Notes under the pieces: model-generated
What the model saw: the letters and a program-made list of their open reading frames with translations, nothing else
The model's database searches: none
Told to the model about the DNA's origin: nothing
Shown here: piece after piece, positions 50,480 to 60,418 of the stretch
Numbering within the stretch: the first letter of the stretch is position 1
How the letters are laid out: the number at the start of each line of letters is the position of its first letter
Program-made: the position numbers and the translations under genes
Assembly: GCA_963792535.1 (NCBI GenBank)
Contig: CAWBWQ010000001.1
Location: 192,001 to 256,000 of the forward strand
DNA: 64,000 nucleotides
Direction of reading: 5' to 3'
Source: an uncultured Phycisphaerales bacterium
GTDB taxonomy: Bacteria; Planctomycetota; Phycisphaerae; Tepidisphaerales; Tepidisphaeraceae

Positions 50480-51496
50480 ATGGCCAAGATGTTCTATACG
50501 CTGGACGAAACCAAGGCTGCACTTGGTCAGTCCGAAGATCAGATCAAGGTGCTGACGCGCGAAGGAAAACTACGGGAATTCAGAGACGGGCCGCGCCTGA
50601 TGTTCAAAGCAGACCAGGTGGACGCGCTGAAATCGCAAATTGGCGGCGGAATTGAAATTGGCGACAGCGGCGCTCCGATCGGGCTGGCGGATACTGCTGG
50701 CGGCAGCGCGACCGGTCTGGATCTGATGGAAAACGACACGGGCATCAGTGGCAGCGGCCTGGCGGGAATTTCCGGCAGTGGGCTGGGCAGTGGACTCACG
50801 GGTGGCGCGGGTTCGGGCATGATGAACCTGAAGGAAGACACCGCCCTGGCGGCGGACCTGGGGTTGTCCGGAACCGTTGGAGGCATTCCATCGCCGGGCC
50901 GATCGGGCGCGGGCAGTGGATCGGGAACGAGCGGCAGCATTGGAAGCCGCCAAGGCATCAACGTCTTCGGCGATGATACGCATATGTCGGCCGACCCGAT
51001 GGCGCAAACAGCCATGCCGGGTGCGGGATCGATGGCGGATCTCAACCTGGAAGGTATTGGATCGGGCTCGGGTCTTCTGGATTTGACGCGCGAAAGCGAT
51101 GAAACCAGCCTGGGCGCTGAACTGCTGGACGAAATTTCACCCTCAGGCAAAGGCGGGGGAAGTCGACCCCTGGCACCGCCTGACACCGGCTCGATGGCCG
51201 GCATCCGCCTGCCGAGCCCCGGGGGCGGCGTGGTTCGCGGATCAATGGGCGTGCAGACCGTGACAGCACCCGATGCCTGGTCGGGCGCGTTCGGTGCGAT
51301 GGCGCTGGGCGCGGCACTCTTTTCCATGTTCGGTCTTTTTGCATTGATAACGTCCATGAGTGGCATTCGGGCGGATGCGGTCAGTTTCTTCGCTGAGAAA
51401 GACAATGCATTCCTTCTGATCGCCGGCATCGGTGCAGCAGTCGCGGTGCTCTTCCTCGCATTTGGGAAATTGATCGGAATGTCGGCTCGGAAGTGA
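50480..51496 (+). CDS. Planctomycete-type protein: N-terminal excisionase/MerR-like HTH, Gly/Ser-rich linker, two C-terminal TM helices
   Basis: MAKMFYTLDE..AALG...GKLREFRDG..LMFK..QV; GSGSGLLDLTRESDETSLGAELLDEI; GAGGA RBS. Confidence 0.8.
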   Translation: MAKMFYTLDETKAALGQSEDQIKVLTREGKLREFRDGPRLMFKADQVDALKSQIGGGIEIGDSGAPIGLADTAGGSATGLDLMENDTGISGSGLAGISGSGLGSGLTGGAGSGMMNLKEDTALAADLGLSGTVGGIPSPGRSGAGSGSGTSGSIGSRQGINVFGDDTHMSADPMAQTAMPGAGSMADLNLEGIGSGSGLLDLTRESDETSLGAELLDEISPSGKGGGSRPLAPPDTGSMAGIRLPSPGGGVVRGSMGVQTVTAPDAWSGAFGAMALGAALFSMFGLFALITSMSGIRADAVSFFAEKDNAFLLIAGIGAAVAVLFLAFGKLIGMSARK

Positions 51497-51883
51497 GTGT
51501 CGAACGTTTTGTCTGGCAGCGAAACACCCAGCTGCTTGCACTGGTTTTGTGGTGAGCATCTGTACGCGAATGCCCCCTTCACATTTGGGGTGGGTTGGTG
51601 TCAATCGCAACAGACATCGCAAGCAGTTTTTGCGCTTTCCAGTTTTTTCTTGTGAATTTGGTCTTGCATTTCGCGTATTGTCCGGCAATATGTGCGCACT
51701 TGATTGTTGCGGGCAAAGACACAGCAATCGAGTAATGAAATGGGCCGGGGACCCGTGGTCCCCATATCCTAAAAGTTCCCCGACCTGGGGGCCAACCGCT
51801 GGTGGAACCAGCGATCGATCGGTTCGGGTTTAATCGGCATTCGCCCGGTTGACCTGCCTGATGAAATTTAGCACGGAGGCTAC

Positions 51884-52835
51884 ATGCCGCGTTCGCGTCA
51901 CCTGCAATTGCGTAATTTATTGGGTATCGGGGTTCTTGGTATCTCACTCACGGGCTGCGTTCCTGCCGAGCAATATGCGGCTGTGAAGATGCGCGCCGAG
52001 CAGCTTGCCGAGCAACTCGGTCACAGTCAGACCGAAATCAGCGAGGCCAATGCCCGCGCTGATGCCGCAAATCGCCAACTCGCCGCCGTGAATGGCAATG
52101 GCGCAACAAACGAAGCCCTGGTCAATAACCTCAACAGCCAGAATGCCGACCTCCAGAAAGAGGCCGACATGTGGAAACAGCGTTACGAAGATTCAGTCGG
52201 CAAGCTGGCCAGCGCGAATGTCGGCACGCAGGCTTTGCCAACACCTTTGAATAACGAACTGACCGCCTTCGCGGCCCAGAATCCCGATCTGGTGGAATTT
52301 GATTCCGCACGCGGCATGGTGAAGTTCAAGAGCGACGTGACGTTTGCCGTGGGTGATGCAACAGTTACTTCCAAGGCCCGCGAAGTGCTGGGTCGGTTTG
52401 CTTCGATCCTGAACTCCGCCGGTGCTGATGGATACGAACTGCTGGTCGCGGGTCACACCGACAATCAACCTGTCACCAATGAACGGACAATCAAGGCTGG
52501 CAATTTCGACAACTGGTATCTCTCGGCTCACCGCGCAGATCTCGGTTGGCAAGGAACTGGTCGCCGACGGTGTGAATTCCGGACGTATGGGCGTGGTCGG
52601 TTATGCCGACAAGCGTCCTATCGCCTCTAACAGCACCGCCAGTGGCAAGCAGCAGAATCGCCGGGTTGAAGTGCTGATTCTCCCGACGACGATCCACAGT
52701 TCACCTGCTCTGGCGATGTCGTCGTCAACCCCATCGCATTCCCGCCGGTCCCGGAAAGAGCCTGCTACGGCTGTTCCGGCAGCGGCTGAATTGAGCAAGG
52801 ACCAGCCGGCACCAGCGGTCAGTTTCACCAAATAA
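51884..52835 (+). CDS. OmpA/MotB-family peptidoglycan-binding lipoprotein with coiled coil (frameshift ~52537)
   Basis: Lipobox LTGC; GHTDN, NWYLSAHRA and, in the shifted frame, GYADKRP..NRRVEV. Confidence 0.88.
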
Positions 52836-52893
52836 AACGATGGAAAAGCACGGGGGCTGCATTTTTCGCATCATACTTACGGAGTGATTCCGT

Positions 52894-52923
52894 CAGCCCC
52901 GCACGATTTATCGTGCGGGGCTG
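52894..52923. terminator. 14-bp perfect inverted repeat (terminator or REP-like)
   Basis: CAGCCCCGCACGAT-TT-ATCGTGCGGGGCTG followed by TTCCGTTT. Confidence 0.65.
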
Positions 52924-52961
52924 TTCCGTTTACAGGGGATCGCTAATCGGCTGTTTTTTTA

Positions 52962-52990
52962 TTGACACTGTGTTAGGGCTTCAATAGCGT
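52962..52990 (+). promoter_or_regulatory. Putative promoter of rnc
   Basis: TTGACA-N17-TAGCGT. Confidence 0.5.
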
Positions 52991-53085
52991 ATACCGACCT
53001 CCGCCGCTGGACGATTTCCCATGAAGGCGGTTGCCTTTAAAAGTCCAATGGCACATGTCAGCGTCTGCAAAATCGAGGTAGCCGC

Positions 53086-53820
53086 GTGAATACCGAACTG
53101 CGTGAGCGGGCAGAAAAGATTCTTCAGTACACTTTCAAGAACCCCGAGTTATTGAAGGAATCGTTGACGCACGCCTCCATCGCGGACAATCGCCTGAACA
53201 GCAACGAACGGATGGAGTTCCTCGGTGACGCTGTGCTGGATGTCATTATCTGCGAGGCACTCTATCGGAAATTTCCCGAGTATTTGGAAGGGGAATTGAC
53301 CAAGGTAAAATCGGCTGTCGTCTCGCGGCGCACCTGCGCCGAGGTTTCCAACGAAACCGGTTTGACGGATCTGCTGATTATCGGAAAAGGGATCAGCTCG
53401 CGCGAATCCATGCCCAGTTCGCTGGCGGCAGCTGTTTACGAATCGCTCGTGGCGGCGGTTTATCTCGACGGCGGGTTTGAAGTGGTCAAGGAATATGTCC
53501 TGCGGACCATGACCCCCAAGATCGACATCATCTCGGCCAACTCGCATCAGCAGAATTACAAAGCGGTGCTTCAGCAGCACGCCCAGAAGATTCTGGCGCA
53601 TCCACCGATGTATGAACTGCTGGATGAAAAAGGCCCCGACCACAGCAAGTGCTTTGAAGTGGGTGTCACCGTGGATGGGCGGCGGTTTCCCTCGGCCTGG
53701 GGCCCGAATAAAAAGATGGCCGAGCAGAAAGCGGCACTGCTCGCACTCGAAGAGCTGGGGGTTTTCGATCCCGCCGAGGTGGATGACGCCATTCAGGAAA
53801 TCAGCACCGAAGGGGTTTGA
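53086..53820 (+). CDS. rnc: Ribonuclease III
   Basis: NERMEFLGDAVL signature; dsRBD NYKAVLQ...GPDHSKCF. Confidence 0.95.
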   Translation: MNTELRERAEKILQYTFKNPELLKESLTHASIADNRLNSNERMEFLGDAVLDVIICEALYRKFPEYLEGELTKVKSAVVSRRTCAEVSNETGLTDLLIIGKGISSRESMPSSLAAAVYESLVAAVYLDGGFEVVKEYVLRTMTPKIDIISANSHQQNYKAVLQQHAQKILAHPPMYELLDEKGPDHSKCFEVGVTVDGRRFPSAWGPNKKMAEQKAALLALEELGVFDPAEVDDAIQEISTEGV

Positions 53821-54003
53821 GCGGCGGCGGGGCCTGCCGTAACCCGGGCGAAAATCGCCTGCAAAGATTCCATAAACTGTATTGCAAATTTGATGGATAA
53901 TTTGCATGATCTACGACAGTAACAGGCCGATAACCTATCATTGAAGGTAATATGGGCTCGGAAGGCGTCTTCCGGACCGACTTGTTTTTTGGAGATACGA
54001 GCC

Positions 54004-54723
54004 ATTTCTACGAATTTTCGCCATAACCATCAGATTCGGATTTCCCCGATACGCTTGATCAATTCCGAGGACGAACAACTCGGTATTGTGTCCACTTCCG
54101 ATGCCCTTCGCATGGCCACCGAGGCCTCGATGGACCTTGTCGAAGTTGCACCCAACGCCCGCCCGCCCGTGTGCAAGATCATGGACTATGGCAAGTGGCG
54201 CTACCAGCAGCAGAAAAAGGAAGATAAGTCGCGGGCATCAAACAAAGGCGGTCAGCTCAAGGAGCTGAAATTCAAGACCGTCAAAATCGGGGATCACGAT
54301 CTGCTGATCAAGATCAACCACGCCCGCGAATTCCTCAAAGAGGGAAACAAGGTGCAGTTCACCTTGCAGTTCCGTGGCCGCGAGATGGCGCATCTGGAAT
54401 TGGGACGCGCGATCTTTAAGAAGATCAAGGACGAACTGTTCCTCGTCAGCAAAATTGAACGCGACGCCAAGATGGAAGGCCGGCGCATGACGCTGGTGCT
54501 TCAACCCGACCACAAGAAGCCCGATGCCCTGCGTCCGGGCACAGCCGGCACCGTGCCCGTTCCCGCCCGGGCGGGCAGTGGTTTGAATATCCCGCCGCGC
54601 ACGGGTGTTGCAACGGGTGCTTCGCCCGCTGCTCCATCTGTCGCTCCCGGCCCTGCAGCGCCACCCGCTCCACGCGCTGTGGCGGCTCCCAAACCCGAAG
54701 CGGTCACCGCCGGACGCAGCTGA
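54004..54723 (+). CDS. infC: Translation initiation factor IF-3, probable ATT start
   Basis: DLVEVAPNARPPVCKIMDYGK, FRGRE; GGAG-N9-ATT in frame, and no ATG/GTG between this RBS and the conserved N-domain. Confidence 0.95.
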   Translation: MSTNFRHNHQIRISPIRLINSEDEQLGIVSTSDALRMATEASMDLVEVAPNARPPVCKIMDYGKWRYQQQKKEDKSRASNKGGQLKELKFKTVKIGDHDLLIKINHAREFLKEGNKVQFTLQFRGREMAHLELGRAIFKKIKDELFLVSKIERDAKMEGRRMTLVLQPDHKKPDALRPGTAGTVPVPARAGSGLNIPPRTGVATGASPAAPSVAPGPAAPPAPRAVAAPKPEAVTAGRS

Positions 54724-54751
54724 GTTTTTGTCTGATTCAAGTAACTGCCAG

Positions 54752-54789
54752 TCGCCAGTTGTGCATTGATATCAATGCACAACTGGCGA
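54752..54789. repeat. Perfect 38-bp palindrome between convergent infC and the tlyA-like gene
   Basis: TCGCCAGTTGTGCATTGATATCAATGCACAACTGGCGA equals its own reverse complement. Confidence 0.9.
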
Positions 54790-54795
54790 TTGTGT

Positions 54796-55377
54796 TTATG
54801 GACCACGTGCTGCAAGCAATGCGATCAGCTCCGTATTTCCTTTGCTTCCTTTGATCGGACTTTCGACGATCCGCAGCTGCTCAAACCCCGCTTGCTCTAT
54901 GTCCTGCTTGACCGCAGCCAGGATCGCGGGGATCCGCGTCACATCCAATATTCCCTTGCGAAGCGCCGATGGCTCGGCTTCGTAATGCGGCTTGATTAAT
55001 GTCAGCACGATGCCACCGGGGCGGATCAGTTTTTTCGCCGACGGTAAAATTCTACGCTGTCGCGTCCAGGCAACGTCGATGCTTACCACATCCACCGGTT
55101 CAGGAAGCTGCACGTGCATCGCATTGAGACGTTCCATCACGACAACGCGGGAATCGTTTCTCAACTTCCAGTCGAGTACGCCATAACCGGTGTCGACGGC
55201 ATACACTTTTGTCGCCCCGCGCTGAAGCAGGCAATCGGTGAATCCGCCCGTGCTGCATCCCAGATCGGCGGCGATCATCCCCCTGACATCCACTGCGAAG
55301 CACCCCAGCGCGTGGTCCAGCTTCTGCCCGGCGCGGGAGACATAATTTCCAGGTGCGGGAGCGGGTTGATCCATCAA
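54796..55377 (-). CDS. tlyA: TlyA/FtsJ-like rRNA 2'-O-methyltransferase lacking the S4 domain
   Basis: YVSRAGQKL, DLGCSTGGFTDCLLQRGA, LIKPHYE, SPIKGSKGNTE. Confidence 0.85.
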   Translation of the reverse strand: MMDQPAPAPGNYVSRAGQKLDHALGCFAVDVRGMIAADLGCSTGGFTDCLLQRGATKVYAVDTGYGVLDWKLRNDSRVVVMERLNAMHVQLPEPVDVVSIDVAWTRQRRILPSAKKLIRPGGIVLTLIKPHYEAEPSALRKGILDVTRIPAILAAVKQDIEQAGFEQLRIVESPIKGSKGNTELIALLAARGP

Positions 55378-55465
55378 ATTTTCGCAAAAGAGATTTCGGC
55401 GCTGGCGCGCCGCGTGCTGACCACTACCATAGACGCGAGTAAACTATTTTCCACTGGAGGTTCGC

Positions 55466-55711
55466 ATGTTTCGAATGATCAAATTAGCTGCTTTTGTGCT
55501 GTTCGGATATTTTATCTATGAAGCGATCAAGGGAATCGCCGAGCCGCGCCAGTCGTCCAGGAGCAGCGGGCAACCGTCCAACAGCGGCGGGCAGGAGCAG
55601 TCTCGGATGCCCGGCGGTGGCAATCAGGAAGACATGGCCAGCATTCCCGTATTCGACGCATCGGGCGGCCGCCGGACTCAGCGCGTGGGTCGCGGGGTAA
55701 TTGCCCGCTAG
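55466..55711 (+). CDS. Small hypothetical membrane-anchored protein
   Basis: GGAGG RBS, N-terminal TM segment, C-terminal VGRGVI. Confidence 0.7.
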   Translation: MFRMIKLAAFVLFGYFIYEAIKGIAEPRQSSRSSGQPSNSGGQEQSRMPGGGNQEDMASIPVFDASGGRRTQRVGRGVIAR

Positions 55712-55833
55712 CAGAATTTGCCGCACGAGTTGCGGAAATGTAACCGCTTGGGACACGTCGAAGAAGCCGCAGTACATTCGCTTCTTCAACGTGTTCTTTG
55801 CTTTTTTTATACTCACGTTTTTTTGAGGCGATC

Positions 55834-56778
55834 ATGAAAATCGGTTTCGTAGGGCTGGGAAAAATGGGCGGGAATATGGTTTTGCGTCTCGCCATCGGGT
55901 CGCCGGATCGCAGCGTCACCGGCGGGCACGAGGTTGTTGGATTTGCCAAGGATCCTAACCCGGATCTGGTCAATGTTCCGGGCGTTCAGGTGGTGGACGA
56001 TCTGTCCCGGATGATAGGTCTCCTTCCCTCGCCGCGCATTGTGTGGGTCATGGTGCCCGCAGGCAACGTAACTGAAACGGTCATAGCCGATTTGACTCAG
56101 TTGCTGCAAAAAGATGACGTGATTATCGACGGCGGGAATAGCTATTACAAAGATTCCGTGCGCCGCGCCAATGGTTTGAAGAGCCGAGGCATTGGTTTTC
56201 TGGATGTCGGCACCAGCGGCGGTGTCTGGGGCCGGGCCGAGGGATATTGCATGATGGTCGGTGGTGCCCGCGAAACGGTCGCACTGTGCAAGCCTGTCTT
56301 CGATACGCTGGCACCGAAGGACGGGTGGGCTCACATGGGTGACTCGGGCGCGGGTCATTTTGTGAAGATGGTTCACAACGGCATCGAGTACGGCATGATG
56401 CAGGCGTACGGCGAGGGCTTCGAGGTTCTTTATAAGTCAGAGTATAATTTCGATTTGGAATCGATCGCAAAAGTTTGGAATCGCGGCAGTGTGGTGCGCA
56501 GCTGGTTGCTGGAACTCGGCGAGCGCGCGCTGGCAAAAGAGGGGGACCTGAAATCAATCGCGCCTTACGTGGCCGACAGCGGTGAAGGCCGCTGGACGCT
56601 TCAGGCGGCGATGGAAGAAGATGTGCCTGTGCCCGTGCTGGCAGCCAGCTTGTTCTCGCGTTTTGCCAGTCGGGATCCCTACAACTTCACCGCGCGTTTT
56701 AATGCCGCTTTGCGAAATCAATTTGGCGGGCATGTGATCAAGCGCGTTCGAACCCGAAGCCCGGGCACTGGATCATGA
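55834..56778 (+). CDS. gnd: 6-phosphogluconate dehydrogenase (short, YqeC type)
   Basis: GLGKMG, IDGGNS, DVGTSGG, GHFVKMVHNGIEYG, ALRNQFGGH. Confidence 0.95.
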   Translation: MKIGFVGLGKMGGNMVLRLAIGSPDRSVTGGHEVVGFAKDPNPDLVNVPGVQVVDDLSRMIGLLPSPRIVWVMVPAGNVTETVIADLTQLLQKDDVIIDGGNSYYKDSVRRANGLKSRGIGFLDVGTSGGVWGRAEGYCMMVGGARETVALCKPVFDTLAPKDGWAHMGDSGAGHFVKMVHNGIEYGMMQAYGEGFEVLYKSEYNFDLESIAKVWNRGSVVRSWLLELGERALAKEGDLKSIAPYVADSGEGRWTLQAAMEEDVPVPVLAASLFSRFASRDPYNFTARFNAALRNQFGGHVIKRVRTRSPGTGS

Positions 56779-56910
56779 TGGAAGTGTTTCACCCGTCCAT
56801 ACCGAAAAGTAATCTGGGCTAAGTGTCGGCAACATTTCGACGTTGCCTGTTTCTTACATCGCGAAATATTTCATCTCTCGGTACCCTCTCTATATTGAAG
56901 AGAGTGCTGA

Positions 56911-58587
56911 ATGATTGAAGACCACGCACAACTAGCGATGGCCGGTGGGCGGATGCCCGTCGGAGCCGACCAGCCCGCGGGAGATACCAGCGGGCTCATG
57001 TTGTGGGTGCGCCGGAACGGGACACCGCCGGCGCTATTGGCATTTGCCGATCGGCATCGCCTGGCGCTGTGGACCGCGATGCTCTGTTTTTATCTTGCTG
57101 CTTTTAATGGCCAGTGGCGTATTCAGTCGGATGCTGCCCTTTATCTCTCCATCGGGCGGAATCTCGCGCACGGATTGGGTTTCACATACCTCGGCGAACC
57201 CAATCACCTGGCCTATCCCGGCTGGCCCGGGTTGATCGCGCTGACCTTCAAACTATTCGGCGCAAAGTCACTTGCGCCAGTGAATCTGCTGATGATGCTG
57301 ATGTCGCTGGCGACGGTCGCGATGGTCTACCGCCTGTTCCTCCTGCATTCGGGCAGGCCAACCGCTGTTGTCATCTCGATCGGGGTCGGGTTGACCAAGG
57401 CTTTTTTCTGTTATGGATTTGAGTTGTGGTCCGACATGCCATTTGCCCTGGGCGCGATCTGCACGCTGGCGGGCTATGAAGGGCTTTTCGGTCGTCGCGG
57501 GGTTCAATCAGATGCGGGGCATTCCAACAATCCGCGCGCGGCATGGAAGCACGGGGTCGACTGGTTTTTACTCATCGGCGGCCTCCTGTTTGCCGCAGCC
57601 ATGCGCCCCACAATCTGGCCGCTGCTTGCCGCACTCGGGCTCGCGATGATTGCAGAGACTTTCCGCAGGCGAATCCGCTGGCGCATCCTGATTGGTGTGA
57701 TCGCAGTCGCAATTGCTGTTACTGTTTTGGTAATGCGCGTTGACTGGTTGCGCCGACCTGCGCGGGTTCGGCACGGTGTACGAGGAATATCTTCTAAACC
57801 GAATCACTGGAAAAACCGCCAGCGCGGTGAACCATCCGTTCAGTGAGAATTTTCGCGATCTGTTCTGCTGGGCTGCATCCGATGTCCTGTTCCAGGCCCG
57901 GCTCGGGCTGCTCTGCAATACGTTGCTCAGCACCCTTGTGCTTGGGCTGGGATTTGGATTGTTCCGTTATCGCCTGCTGTGGGGATTCTGGTTTTGTCTC
58001 CTGCTGGCGACGATCCTGGTCTCGCAGGAAACGCTGGATCGCTATTTCCTTCCAGTGCTTCCACTGCTTGTCTTTGCCTGGTGGGAACTGCTGGTGGGGT
58101 GCTATTACGCGGCCACGGATTGGTGCCGCAGGCTCGAGCTGCCGCCGTGCATTCCTCAACTGATTTTTATCGGGCTTGTCGCGACCGGCAGTCTGATGAA
58201 TCTGACCAAGGTGGGTGGAATTATTCTGCAGCAGCGGCAGCACCGTTCCTGGCCAGCTACGATAAAGGCACCTACGACGCAGCCCCGCGATTTTGTGAAC
58301 TGCTGCGCGAGCATGTCGGGGACAAAGCCACCGTCATCGTGGCTGCCCCATACGGCAGGGTGACCGAATACCTGAGTGAGCGATTCGTGACCAGCGCGAT
58401 CAATGTGACTGTGCAGCAGATGAAAACGCATCCCATTTTCGTCGTCGAACCCTGCGATCTGCAGACCCGAACCAAGCTGCTTGAGGCGGGGCTGGTTGAA
58501 GGCCCGGCAATTTTTACTGTGCTCCCCTCTCCCAGTCATGGTCCTTCCGCCATTGCACTCTCGCTGCACGCCACCCGCCGAAGATAA
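56911..58587 (+). CDS. GT-C/ArnT-like integral membrane glycosyltransferase (frameshifts ~57762 and ~58243)
   Basis: DAALYLSIGRNLAHG.G, YPGWP, SDMPF, RYFLPVLP; multiple TM helices across three frames. Confidence 0.7.
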
Positions 58588-58709
58588 ACGGCCGTCTTGC
58601 GTGATACATCAACGGCAACATCTTTTGAACGCAGCGCATTTCGTCATTTAACATTGCGTTCCCAACGCCGCCGCCGTATCTCTCTGGCATATAAGTAAGG
58701 AGAACATTC

Positions 58710-60242
58710 ATGGCGACGTCAACTCCGTGCGGAATTATCATCTTCGGTGCCAGTGGTGATCTGGCCAAGCGAAAGCTCATCCCCGCCTTGTACGAGCTTG
58801 CGAGGGAAAAACTTCTCGACGAAAAATCGTATGTCTTGGGCTATTCGCGATCGGAAATGACCGACGAGCAATTTCGCGCCGATGCCCGCGAAGCGGTTAC
58901 AAAATACGCCGCGCACTAAACCGATGGACGAAGCGGTTTGGAAGAGCCTCGAAGCCCGGTTGTTTTATATTTCCGCCGACTACGGTTCAGACGAAGGACA
59001 CCAGAAGTCCGCCCACGCGCCGACCAATTGGACAAGCAGTTTGGCACGCCTCCAAACCGCCTGTTTTATATCTCGACACCACCGGCGACTTTCGAACCGA
59101 TCATCGCCGGCATAGGAAAAGTATCAGCCGGCAAAAAAGCGGCCGGGGATAGCGGATGGCATCGTGTGATTATCGAAAAACCATTCGGCCGCGATCTTGC
59201 GTCGGCCAAGTCGTTGAACGACTTGCTGCACAGGAATTTCAAGGAAGAACAGGTTTTCCGCATCGACCATTACCTCGGCAAAGAAACGGTTCAGAACCTG
59301 ATGGTGATGCGCTTTGCCAACTCTATTTTCGAACCGATCTGGAATTATAAATATATCGACCATGTGCAGATCACCGTCAGTGAAACGCTGGGTGTGGAAA
59401 AGCGCGGCGGATATTACGACAAAAGCGGCGCACTGCGCGACATGGTGCAGAACCACCTGTTTCAGTTAATGGCGCTGGTTGCCCTGGAACCACCGGCCGC
59501 GCTGGATGCGGTAAGCATTCGCGATGAAAAGGTAAAAGTGTTCAAGAGCGTTCGTCCGTTCGATCCGAAACATCTCGATTCATTTGTCGTTCGAGGCCAG
59601 TACGGCCCCGGCGATGCCAACGGCGCAAAAACCCCCGGCTACAACCACGAAAAAGATGTTCCTGTGGACTCGACAACCGAAAGTTTTGTCGCGCTCAAAT
59701 TATTTATCGATAACTGGCGCTGGAGCGGCACACCGTTCTACCTGCGAACCGGCAAATACCTCCCCGAGAAGTTAAGCGAAGTGGTGGTGCGGTTCAGGTC
59801 TCCCCCTTTGACGTTGTTTCAAAAGCAGTGCGATTCACCGGTCTATCCGAATGACCTGATCATTCGCGTTCAACCGGAAGAGGGAATCAGCTGGCGCTTC
59901 AATGGCAAGGTGCCTGGCGGGTCGCTGAACATCAAGCCCGTCGCGATGGACATGAGCTACAAGACTACATTTCATGTCGAACCGCCCGAGGCCTATGAGC
60001 GGTTAATCTTCGACTGCATTGCCGGTGAGCAGACGCTTTTCATTCGCGGCGACGAAGCCGAAGCTGCCTGGGCGGTGGTGGATCCGATCGAACAAGGCTG
60101 GGCCAAGGGCCTTAATCCGCCAAAACCCTATGACCCAGGTACATGGGGGCCCAAGGCCGCCTCGGATCTTATCGAACTGGATGGTCGAAGATGGCTGCAC
60201 AATGGCGATGGAAGCGACCCTGTCATTGCGTGCTCGTTATAA
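58710..60242 (+). CDS. zwf: Glucose-6-phosphate 1-dehydrogenase (frameshifts ~58910 and ~59006)
   Basis: GASGDLAKRKL, IIEKPFG, RIDHYLGKE, RDMVQNH, WRWSGTPFYLRTGK. Confidence 0.95.
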
Positions 60243-60418
60243 GACGTTTGAGCCGCGCTGAAGACAAGCATGTAGTGCAGTTGGCTGCGTTGTCCAACGA
60301 GATGGCGATTTTGCGAATCGACGCGCATCAACGCCGATTGAGAAGCAACTGCGAATTTTCGTTACACCGCAGACTTGGATCTTTCCACAAAACTCTGGCA
60401 ACCTGACGATATCACACG

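Noticed and set aside
51705..51790. c-di-GMP-I riboswitch (GGGCAAA motif)
   Set aside because: No GNRA tetraloop/receptor or P2 architecture could be built
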